Shown: positions 39,576-52,349 of the stretch, in pieces | Layout: each line of letters opens with the position of its first letter | Numbering within the stretch: position 1 is the first letter of the stretch | From: Vicugna vicugna | Taxonomy: Eukaryota | Reading direction: 5' to 3' | DNA: 64,000 nt | Assembly (NCBI GenBank): GCA_013265495.1 | Contig: MU058781.1 | Span: forward strand, 538,963-602,962 | Notes under the pieces: generated by a model | Database searches by the model: none | Told to the model about the DNA's origin: nothing | What the model saw: the letters and a program-made list of their open reading frames with translations, nothing else | Program-made: the position numbers and the translations under genes

Positions 39576-42500
39576 GCTAGACAGTCATTTACAGCCTTTT
39601 ATTCCAGCCTAGGGAATTTATACCTTATCCAGGCAGGCAGGCAATGCAGGCAGCAGAGAAAAGGAATGATTAAACTTGCTTTCTAGAAAGTTCATCTACT
39701 GCTACAGCTGCACGGGCATGGGTAAGGAAAGCCCAGAAGTCCGGAGCCCATGGGGAGCCCCTGAGAGGTGCCCAGGAGCGGAGCTGGGAGCTGGAATAAG
39801 GTCGCACCAATGGCGCTGGAGAAGAGAACGGAGTTGAAGGATGGTCAGGCCACCTAGTGCACAGGGTGGGGTGACCGATGCACCTGGGCCAGGCAAGAAG
39901 GGGACGTGAGAAGAAAAGGCAGGTTTCTGAATTCTATGCCTGAGTGCCTGGGCAGTGGTGGTCCCTCAGTCAGGGAAGGACAGAGGCACACTGATGAGAC
40001 TTGGTTGGACACTATGACGAAGTAACCTGTGGTTTTGCTAAGTGGAGGTGCCCAGCAGATTTTGAACTACTTCTAACTATACACAAAGGCAGTATTTTAT
40101 GGGAAAGCAAATTGCTGCTCTGGATCACCACTCCTCAAAAAATTATTTGCCATGAAGAATGCATCTTAATTATTTCCTCAGTCAAAGTTTTAAACTCAGA
40201 ATTTCCTTTACTAGGACATGCATCTCTGTAACTTCCCAGTTAAGCGCCAGTTTCCTCAGCTGGAGCAGATTGATAAAATGCTCAGAATGATTCCTGGCAT
40301 ATATTAAGCACACTGTAAATGTTTGTTAAATAAATATATTTTAGGCAATGCTACAGAATATATATTCTTTGAAAATAGGGTGGCCTAAATCATTTGGATC
40401 TTATTTGCAAACCAAGTGATAAGAAAATTGCTACTCTTTCAAATTAATCCTAAATATTTTCATTGAAGTGACTGGTCAGAGAGTGTCAGTTTTTTAAATA
40501 CTATTTTTCACCTTCTGAAAATGGGCTATTGTAACAGCAATGAGTCTCTAACAAGTGATAAATCTTTAACATTTTAAAAAACATTTTAGTAAAGAACAAT
40601 GATAAAAAGTAATAGGTAAGAGCAGGATTTCTATTTTTTTAAATATTTTTCATATATTTTCCTTTTTACTTTCTCTGGAATTCAGCATGTTCCTTTTTAT
40701 TCTGAGTTCTTGGGAGAATAAAAGCATTTATAAAAGGAAGTACCCAACTTGATTTGTATTTTGTTCTGTTTTATTAAATACCCATTACATTCCATACGAG
40801 ATATTCCAAGATAATTAAGTCAGGAGTTAAAAAAAAAAATCTAGTAACTATTTCGGGATATTGTATTCTTAATTCTATATTATAATGCTGTCTAGTGTGT
40901 TCCAGGCTCTGCGTTAAAAAGTTTATGAAAGTGCTGGAATATCACACTAAGCATGTTGGAATGTAGTCAATCCTACTTGGGGTGAGTGAACTGGGGGACA
41001 AAAGAACACACACACGACAGAGAAGAATCAAGGATGTGCATCTCCTATGGGGGTCAGACCCAGAGAGGATGAGAGTTCCAGATAGACAGTCTGTAACCAC
41101 GGGGAAAGACAAAAACATGGCCTGTCCTCAAGGAGCTGTTAGTTAAACGGGCTGTTGGGGGCAGGCTTGTAAGTAACCAATTACAAGAAAATCTAGTCAA
41201 TGCTTGATAGATGAGGACATTGTATATTTCAGAAGGCAAGAGGCGGGAGAACCAGTGTCCTTAGGAAAACTAGAGACGGCTTCACACAGAAGGTATTCCG
41301 TAACATTCAAGAACTTTCGATGTCTCATGCTTAGAGCAAAAATAATTCTAATGAAGAAGTTGGTGCATTTACTACAGATGTTATCAGTTTTCTCTCTGAT
41401 GAGGTGCTGGGGATAAATTCCCGCAGTCTTTCCCTTTGTTTTGCCGTGAATCCCCTGACGTTGGAGAATGAGTGTGCTCTAGGTGAAGGAGATCCCCACC
41501 CCTGCTCCTATTTGTTTTATTTAAGAATTCACGTGCCTTTTGAGTGACACATATCTAGATAGTTCTTTTCTGTCCTTCTCAGAGTATGAGAAAGGAAGAG
41601 CAGGGAGAAAGAGAGGAGCAAGCTGTTTCCGGATATGGACTGAAGCCAACACCCAACAAAGGCAGAATAACTCTAAGCAGGGAAGAATTGTATTTCTATT
41701 TATTTGTGGGAGCTGCAGGGTGGAAGGAGAGAGCTAAAGGAAGGCCTTCTGATTTGACTTTGGTTTATCTTAGAGACCTCAGTCCTCTTGGTTTCAGCTG
41801 CTGTCTCGAATCAGACGCACCCGTTGCATCTCTTCCCAAGTTCTCACTGCATCTTCTCCTAGTCAGGAAAACCCTTCAGTGATCTAATTGGCCAAAGAAT
41901 GCCTCCCTGTTACTAATGTGATTTTAATATGAGCATTAAACTACTTCCAATGCCCTGTTTCTGTCAGGTAAACTAGATAACTAACACAAAGTGTGAGATG
42001 GGGTGGTGGGCACAAGCTTCATTTGGTTCACAAGACTGCTGCTCATATCCACCCTCAAAGCCACTGGCCCTGGCAGTAAATTCTAAATCTGTACACACAC
42101 ATAGAAGTTATTTGTTTCTCAAAGGGATTTACATCCAGATATGAGAAGAGTTGAGTTTTAATATAAACAGATAAATGATTCTTAAACATAGTTCTATTGG
42201 AGAAGTCTGGCACAAACAACACTTGTATCTACCTTTAAATTTAATACAGCAAAGGTAGCAGCAAGCCTGTGAGACCAGAAAACCAGGAATCCTGGGTTCT
42301 CTGTGCGATCCTGAGCAAGTCACTTGACCTCATGTATAAAACGATAGGATGAGCTTGCTGTTTCTTAAGCTGACCTTCTGTTCTGCCATTATGTAAGTAA
42401 AGTATCTAGAGATCAGATAACCTGGGTGGTTGCCAAATTTTTATGCTGCAAATCTAGTAAGATTATTATAAATACAAGGTTTCTTAATTGGAAAGAAGCA

Positions 42501-45500
42501 ATCATTGGCATCATTTTTGATCTGCTAATTTAGTAACCTCATTTATAAACCTAACCAATTACTAATGATGACTTCAGGGTTTTTTTTGTAGGATTAAGGT
42601 AGTAAGTTAAAAGAAATTCTGCTAATGTACGGTCTGAAACTTTTATATAAAATTTTTGGCATATCTTGTCTAATTTATGATCTACCATTGACAACCTAAT
42701 CCAATTACAACAAGAAATAGTTGGCTGCTTGAAATATGCATTTAAGAACCTAAATCAGGGGCTTGGCACTAAAAAAAATAGGTATGTGAGGAATCAAGTA
42801 CTAATATGAGGTTCTAAATATAGAAATTTGTTCACTAATAAGGTCTAGAGCTTGAAAATTGGGCCAGCATTGTGCTTTACAAGCTAAATAACCACAGTTA
42901 AAACTAAAATTGGGAACTTCAGACAAACATTTAGAAGCTGCTGCTTTGAAGTTTAGAAAAGCAATATGAGTAACTGCAAATGAATGTCACATTGATTTTT
43001 ATTTGGGTTAATTACCAACTTTTTAGTGTGCTTTTCTTTATACATAGCACTTTCAGTGAGTAGTAGTCTTTGAATGGTTTATAAAACCCTACTGCTTAGT
43101 TTTTAAGTACAGAAGTTTCACCTTTAATTAGCTATACATTGTTATTTTATAAAAAAAAATTCTTGCCAGTATTCAGGATAAGTTGTAATATTTTTTACTA
43201 AAATCTTATCTATAAAGAATGTACAAAGATTAGAAACAGAACAAGCTATTTGCTCTTGAAAAACAAGTATTTATGACTTTATTCTAAGGTGTAAATTTTC
43301 ATGATTTAAAAATATAATAATCAAATTACTTAAATCAACAATCTTTAACCAATAGGGCAGAAGATAATTCAGGTTATGTACAATGCTTAAAGACCATGTA
43401 ATACAGTTACAAACAGAACCCAAAATTTTGAATCAGAGCTCTGTTACTTAGTAGCTATTTATTTTTAAGTACACTTGATTCATCTGAGCATTAGTTTCTT
43501 CATCATTTAATAAGGCATAAAAGGGCCTGACAAAATTCTGACAGTTAGGGATGCTCAAAGGAGAGATTTATATCTTCTGACTAGGACTCTACTATTGGCC
43601 AACAGTAATAGCTCTACCAACAGTAATGTCTCATAAGAATATCCAGGAGCCCCGATTTACATTATGTTGAAAACATATACGTAATTAGGTTTGATCTGTG
43701 CCCTCTGTGTCTCCCTTGAGTCCTTTGCTTAAATGCTTAACCTGTGGGCCTCGCTTCACTGCCGGACTTCTGCCCTAGCAAGTGCTTCACTGAGACTAAG
43801 CCAGGACCCTCTTGAGAGAAAACTGGGCACTTCTGCCCAGTTAATGGGTATCGTAGTTTACAAACAAGTTAGTGATGGTGTTGTTAGGGGGATGTCAGCT
43901 GCCAAATACCATTTAAGATATACTTTTCATCTGCTCTGAAAAAGCCAGATTGCTCCAAAAGTCCTTCCAGATTTCTTTAAATGAAATCCAGAATACATTA
44001 AATTAGAACCATTCCTTAAAGATACTGATTACATACTGATCTTTTAGCAAAGTACACGAATTAAGCCAACCTGGAAAGAAAGCATAATTATTTCAAATAA
44101 TAGTCTTATAATGAAAAGAACCACCTAAATGTACTCTTGCTGATCAACTTATCAACTAGCTTATACAGATAGGCTCAAGCACTTATTTCAGAACCGCATG
44201 TGCGTGGTGCATGCCCAAACAGCACCAGCTACCCTGGATGCTCACATCCTTCTCAGAGCAATGGGACACTGTGCCCTCCACTGAGCAAGACAAGTGATTG
44301 GGTGGTGACCCTGGAGCTTGGGGTAAGGTCTTCATTCACTTACTTGGGATTCTGCCTGGAGGCTGGACTATTGAATAAGTGATATGGTCTTTGAGACACA
44401 GAAGAAACCAAAGACTAATCCATTTTATCAATATGTTCATGATTCTATTTGTGCTTCTGTGCTTTGTTATTTTAGGTGTTAGTTATTATGACCTGAAACA
44501 AGTGCATATTTTCATCACTATGTTCTTTTGCAAGGGCAGATTTGAACACCATCTGCTTCCATTAAAAGAGAGAAACTTTCTTCTCATGTGGGATTCATTC
44601 TTTCCTATCTATTAAGTGAGATGGTCTGCTTTTCAGAGCTGCAGGTATTTAATGCTCTTATTTTCCTTTTCTATGCTGGTAGATATTTGAAAAGCTTTAA
44701 AATAAAATTCCATTGTAAAATAAAAACTTGCTTTTAATAAATCGTATCCCCCATTCACTTTTGGATAATGTAGAATTCTGAATCTGGCACCAGTTTTAAG
44801 CCAGTCATTTCCACAAAACTGGTAAAAGGATTGCTTTTGAGGAGGCCCTTCTGATAGAAGCGTGTTTGTATAGATGTTGGTACATTATTGCCAGATGCAA
44901 CTTTGGATTAACTGAGCTTAACATTAAATTTGCATTTTTAGCGAAGTTCTGAAATTTTGGTTTGGCAATGACTCCTTAAAAATCTTGCTAATTTAAGGAC
45001 AACATTTTCATAGCTTTACTGGGAGAAATAGCAGTGATTATGAGCCTTATTTCCTGGATAATAGAGAAAAGGATTTCCATTTTTTCAAATTAAGTGAGTT
45101 AGTAGAGGCCACAAAAGTGAGTCCCAGTTCTTGCCAGGGTTATAATTCCTAAGGGTGTAACTTCAAATTCTGATTAAGGACAATGGCCTGAAAATAGAAC
45201 AACCCCTAAAATATTACATGTGAAAAAGTATTTTAAATCTTTAAATTACAAGTTCTTTTTTTTACACTGAAAGCACAGTGCATTATGTTACAACTCTATT
45301 TGAGGAAGAGAAATAAGCAATTTTCTAAAATTTATTTTACCCTTTTGTGGCTTTAAATCAATCTCTTGAGATTACTTGACTTTGGCAATTAAACTTGGTA
45401 TATAATGTAAAGGCAGTGGTCATTTATGGAAGAAAGAGTAAGTGATACAACGGGTATTACTCTGGAAATTAATGAGTCTAAAAGTCTACATAATAAAAGA

Positions 45501-46653
45501 CTGCAGTCTTAAAGGGAGGCCATGTGAGTGTTACTACACTAGTTAAGTTATAAAGACTTTCCTACTTACACAGACTTCTGCACAGTTCCTACATATCATG
45601 CAAATAGATACTTACCATGGAGAGCGTTAAGAATTCATCACACCTGGAGCTTCTGTTTCAATCACTTTAAAATACATATTAAATACATTAATTATCTTTA
45701 TTCAGAAAATTAGCAGTCTGAATTAGCCTGTGGCATGTTATTTATATAGTCTATCTCTCTCTTAAGAATGGAACTTTTAAAATATAACTTTAAAAATCCA
45801 GGTCAGAAGATAAACAAAACAATATTCTCTCCTAAATTATACAAACAGAAACCCATATGCTCTTAAGCTGAACGGCTTTCGCTATCAAGGTCAAGTCTAC
45901 TTTGTAGAGGAAATGCTTGATTACATTTTTAACGTGTAGTTGTAGAAAGAAAACAATTTTATCTCATCAGTATCCACAAGATGTAACATATTCTATTTTA
46001 GAACCTTTTAAAAATATCTACATCAATCTCAATTCAGTTACTGATCAGTCAGGAGTTAGTTGTCCTGATTGCAATGTGGCTTAACATTCTTATTTTCACT
46101 TACAAAGTGAGACAGAATATCCTTTTCCTCCTGAGCACTTTTTTTTTTTGGTTGCTTTAAGTATGGGGGTAGAGATTTGATTGAAAGAGAAAAGGGCATG
46201 CATGCATTTAAGTCTATTTAAGTATAAACTTAATCATCATCATTAGAACAATATAATCTGCTATAGTTCTATGTGTGTGAGATGTATGATTTTTTTCTCA
46301 GATCTAGTTCCTTCTGAACAAAATCTGGCAAATGTGTAAAACGCAGTGAAAACTGTCCCATCCTCCTCCCATCCCCTCCCTTCTTTTCATATACCTAGAA
46401 CGACCCAGTTTATGAGCATCCAAGCTGATACTCTCCTTTCTGGTTTTGATTCTTCTTTAGAAAAGGGAGATCACAAACGCATTAGCATAGACAAACTGGT
46501 ATAATCAGTAAAGTTTGAAGCTGACACACTTATAGAGTCCTGCTTGCCAAAAATAGGATTTCATTTGTACTGTCATTTTTTTCCCCTGAACCAGTTTTGC
46601 CAATGCTATAGTAAATGCCAACTCTGGGTTTGCAGGACTGGGGAGCACCACGT

Positions 46654-46668
46654 TTCAGTAGGTGGCGC
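46654..46668 (+). promoter_or_regulatory. Candidate CTCF site
   Basis: TCAGTAGGTGGCGC matches the core CCASYAGRKGGCRS at all but the first base. Confidence 0.55.
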
Positions 46669-49600
46669 TTCAACACAGCCCACCTGCTTGAGAGCTTCCA
46701 TGTGTACTCAACTTTCTAGTACCTGTGGTGCATCGAAGAGGTCTGGCCCAGTTTGCTAATACTGCAGCTAGATCGCTGTCTCCAGCAATAACCAGGCAGC
46801 GGAGACATCTAGGCAGTGAGGCTGTTAGTGTACGTCCCTGGTAATTATTTTAACACTAAAGCATACGCACACACACACGTATACACACAAGTACATACAT
46901 TCCTATATGAGCTCTACTTGTAAAATTAAACATCAGAGAAAACTGACCTTGAAATTTCAATGGCATTTCAGTAATTTCAGTTCATGTTTATTTATTTTTT
47001 GATTGGGTTATTGGTTTATATCGTATTTGCATGTAAGCATGTCATTATTTTCACTTAAAAAACACTTTGCAATATTTTGCAGCATTCATTCTTAATTAAA
47101 AAGAGATTCCTTTTTCAAATAATTCTACTATTTAAATAAGTAAAAGAATAGATGAAAACACCAAAAGGGTTTTTTTTTTTTAAATTCAGTTAAAGAAATG
47201 CATCTACAGCAATGCTCCCTAACGTATCTTTGAACTGACATGAACCAGGATGACTAAGTGGACGATAAGCCACGTGTCATTGACAAACAGGAACAGAGAT
47301 GCCTGGAGTGAAATGTACTAAAAGGAACTTCAGCGCACCAAGAAAGCTCCCTATGATCCACTGACCTAAAGATACCTGCAAACTTCATGCCAAGAGAAGT
47401 TGAGGAAAGAGAACAGAATACTTAGCAATAATTATCCATCATCTCCAAGAAAAGATGAGAAACTGACAACTATTCATTTTTTCCCTCTGATTTGTTGCCC
47501 AACATTCAGAGTTCAGAATATCATAGAGGTATCTTAGGTTGTTGTATAATTTGCTAATCTTTTCTTGAAATCCAAATATACATTAAATAGAATTTCCATG
47601 GAAATATAGTGATATGAGGAAAATAACCCCTGCTTCTTTTTTTATAAACCCCTTGCCTTTCGATCTGTTGCTTTCATATAAATTGAATTGAAATATGTAT
47701 TTTAGGACACTAGACAAAAGAACAAGTGACTATAAAATAACTTGCACAACCATTATTTAATATATTATACTGATATGAAAACTAAACTTATACATAAAGT
47801 AGTGACATTTGTAGCTGACATGAAATAAACTAATTTAGTGAATGGAATAAAAGAATAAAAAAAAATAAAGTTTTTGTTTCTCCTGGATCATGCCATTCAT
47901 TCTGCAAATCATAGAAACATAAAAAAATTAACAAAGGATTCATCTTGGATTCTATTTTTTTTAAAACTTTCAGAGAATAAAACATAATATAATAAAGTAT
48001 AGTGGCATAAAACAATTTTTTAATAATCAGAAATTCAAATATTGAACATGATTTTTCCTCTTTGAAAAGGCCAATAGAAAAAAAGCATCATCAGCTCCCT
48101 TATTTTCTTTCCTTTATATTTCTTGATAGAATTATTAACCGATTTAAAAGAAATAAACTCAAATTTAATTCTGAAAATTCCTTTGCTTAAAGCCACAGTA
48201 TGCATCATTGCTGTGATGTAAGTTTCAGATTCTGTTTCTAAGAAACATCTTTCTTATCAGTGTATGTCTGTTTGACTTTAATACTCATTCTATATTTTTG
48301 TATACTCTTAACATAACTTTCTGAAAAAGAAAAAAAAAGGTCCTTTAAATTTCACATCTTTATTATTAGAATATATTGACATCCCTTGCTTGGTTGATTT
48401 TTTATTACAGTCCTGAGGTTAAAAAAAAAAATTGCCAGTGTCAGCTCAGCTGTTTGCTATGGTTCCAAGTGAAGATTTCTGCCATCTCTTCGCTTTCAGC
48501 TTCGTGGATTTTTTTCTTTTCCCTCCATCTTATTTTCACGAGAAGGAAGCTTAAAAACAAACTTGAAGCGTTTAGTAGTTTTTTCTTTTTTGCCTTTTCT
48601 AAAGGTTTCATGTCACAAAATGCCAACATAAAGGATAGCCCTGCAACGCGCCTCTTTCACCGGCCGCCTCGCTGCGGCCCTGGCATCTGTCAGAGACGAC
48701 GCTCCAATCTGGGCTCCCCGCTGAGCTGAGACGTGGCCGCCTCCCCCCACGCAGGGCCACGCGGCTCTGGAGCCAAAACACGGGACCATCTGATGCGAGT
48801 CTGGCCTAATGAAAGTCCAGCATGGGGCTAAATGAGTTTCCACCACTGCTGGGTGAGGGGCTAATGATAAAACAGCTCCCTGGGCTCACTGCTGCCGTTG
48901 GTATCTTTGTCAGGGCATATGGCAGTTGGCCGAGTGCCTTACTTGTGCGATTTCCTGTCAGATTTATTCTGAGAATGTGTTGCAGTCTTGCATTCTCTCT
49001 TCCGGCCTCCACCTCTCTTTGGCCTCCTCTTCCCCTGACGCTTCTGTACTCTGGTCTCTTCCTAGGATTGTTGAGTCATAAATACTTAATTTTTTTCCAG
49101 AGAAATTGTGAAACTGTTATTTTTATATATATATTTTAATGTGGATGCAAAAGCAGAAAAATAGAAGAGAATGATACTGACTGCTACACTCAGTGGGTGG
49201 TTCTGTTTCCTTTGGAGCATTATTGCTAAAGGCATAAATTTCACAGAACCAGAGGAGCAATCGGCTTGAAACTTGTTGAATACAGTGATGCTAATTAAAA
49301 CCTTCTCTTTTATTGTGGGTTTTTCCCCCCTCAACCTCTTATCTTCCCTTTCTTTACACCCCATCACCATGCATATATTGAGAATTTTATTGATATAAAT
49401 ATGTGGATTACAGAATTTTTTCATTAAAATTTTTATGTAAGTCAGTTTAATGATAGGACATAATAATCAAGTACTGGAGAAAATAATACTTTGGTTCACT
49501 CACTATCCTTATTTTTTAAGTGTTTTAAGAGAAGGACAAAATTTTGGAAGATTATAATTTATGGGTGCATTAAGTAGACAGGTTTTGTTCTTTTGGATAT

Positions 49601-52349
49601 GCTTTGGTCTGATATATGTAAATTCACATCAAAATTTGAATTACTGTAGGAAAATGTCTACAATAAAAATCAAAGCAACCTTCCAAATCCTAGAAACACT
49701 TCAAACATTTATGTTCTACTCTTTTAACATTTATGTTCTACTCTTTCAACATTTATAAGCTCATTAAACATAAATAAATATTCTGATGCCAATTCTTATA
49801 TTTAATATTGCCTGCATATAATTGTGTCTAAATTTGATTTGTTCGAATCTGTGATTTGTTCTTAGATCGGCTCTTACTGCCCTTATTAAATTACACGGAG
49901 GCTTAGTATGATGGTATATTTTATCCTTTCCATGAGAAAGTCACACATCTAAGAGCTACAAGGTTAGACAGAGGATCCTAAAGGTTAGATATTTAAAGTC
50001 TCATTTTCTGGTTTTCTTTACTAAGGCATCTCATTACTCTTTTTGTCACTGTCATTCCACTGATGCTTCTCTCAGAAAACTCTAGGACTTAAATACAATG
50101 TGAAATTTGCATAGCTGCGAGGAATTGCCCATTCTAATCTAAATATAAGTGATCCTTTCTTACACTTGTTCTGAGAAATTCTAAATGAAATCCTTTTAAA
50201 AATCACATGCTTCTTACTGAATGAACCTGTGCGCAATGCGAGCTTTCACATGGGCTCCAGGTGATCTCCCGTGTGGGCCATGCGGTCAGTGATATAATCT
50301 AAATGAGATTGTTTTCTTGTAAATTGCATGGTGCAGAAATGCCGTCACGTTCCACATGCCGTATGCCCCATTTTAATTTATTCCCATGACAAAAACTCCA
50401 TTAATATAATTTTGGAACAAAGTGAAAATGATAGGAATTTTCTGTGTCACTGAAAAACTAAGCCTGCTTTCTTCTTAAGGAAATACTGCTTTAAACCCTC
50501 AAGAAAATTCAGCTTCTAATTTATGAAATTTCTTCTTGGTGCAAATATTATTCACAAAGTATTTTTTCAAGTCTGCTAGAACGAAATAAACTACATTTTT
50601 CCCTTTATTTTTATATGCTACTTTGTAGGCTGTCCAGAATTTTTTTTTAAGCTGCATTACTTTTTCTTTTCCTGTAATATATTTATTAGGCTTTTAAAAA
50701 AATATGCTTATAGTTTTGGAGGTTTGTATGAACTCAAGAAAACTGCATCTTTCATCTAGCAATTAAAACTGTACATTACTATATGATTCTTCATCACCAG
50801 ATAAATGTAAGATAATATGGAATGGTAAAAAGAATAACGGACTAAGTCAAGAAGCTTGAGTTATGACCACAATTCTGTCACTTCATGGGAACATGGAACT
50901 TCCTATTAAAAATTACAGTAACAGTCCTCAATTTATGCAGTCTACTGTGCGTCAGACACTTTTTTCCCTCCCACGATCTCATCTGATCATCGCAGTCCCC
51001 CTTTGAGGTACGTAGTGCCATCTACCTTTTAAAAGTTACCGAGGTTTAGAGACTTTTAGACACGTGTCCAGAGTGTCACAGACAGTTAAGGGCGCTAGCC
51101 GTGCTTCCAACCTTCACACTTCAAAACTCGAAATCTTAAAACGTATTCTCATTCCACCTTTAGGACCACACTTCTAGACTAGAAAAGTCTGCATTTGGAC
51201 TAAAATATTTCTGGTTTTCATCTCAGCTATAAAATTCTGAGCCTGCAAGAATTTGCAATTACTACCTCCTGAACGCGATGAAGTGATAGTGCCATTGCGC
51301 AGAAGGGTTATCCAAGTCACAGGATGGACTCAGGCAGCCTTGCAGAGAAAGGGTGGGATTAGCAATCAACAGCCAAGTCAGAACAAATCAATAGAGTTAA
51401 AAGAGGACATGGATTTTCTCTCAGTAAAATCCTGTTTTTATGAACCCCTACCAAACACCTAGTTTCTCAGAGCATCTCTGTGATAAAACTGTTAGCCAAA
51501 AAATTACAGGGGCTATTTACAGTCAATCCTGTCCCCTCTCATCAAGTGACTCCTTAATAGCTTATGGAAATACATAATCACTCTCTTAGATACCTGACGT
51601 GCCTTTAGTGTGATTTGTATCAATATAGAGAACTAAAATACAGATTTATATTCCCTTAAATCAAAAGAAAAAAACAACCCAATAAGTTCACACATGTATG
51701 TGTACATACAGACATACATACATTATACTCTCCCCTATATATACACACATATAATATATATGAATTAAGAATTTGACAGCCAGATCTTACCTGATATGAA
51801 TTAATTTAGCAGCAGAATTACTTGACTTGATGCCAAAAAATATTTTTAGTCTTTATTCAGACTTTTCCTTTAGGTATATTAAAATGTGCCTAATAAAAGG
51901 CTATTGCCCCAGACCTCTATGAAGGTGTTTTGTAATATACAGTGTATGTTCTGCATTATCCTTATAAAATATAAAAAATACATCAGAATTTCAAAACGTA
52001 TCCAGCACCAAGAATTTCAGATAAGGGACTGAGGATCTGGACTTATAAAGCCTTAAAAATAACAGTGACTGATACAAAACACAGTGTACATTTTTAATAA
52101 AATAAGTATTTCAATAGCTTGGCAAAGTCTTTTATATGTAAACCATATACCTAAGACACATTATATATTGATAATTGTAAGGAATAATTTAATACATAAA
52201 AATAGATAACTTGAAAGTTGAGATTAATTTCATTTTTGATCTTTCAAAACTGAAGAGATAATTTTACCCTGGATTAATCTTATACTCCATAACACTTACT
52301 TAACAAGTAATAAATAAAATAAATTATATACATATGAATTTCAAAAAAA

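Noticed and set aside
47230..47450. Possible laminin-G remnant on the minus strand (GSFLGALK)
   Set aside because: Too weak to support by eye; worth including in an HMM scan.
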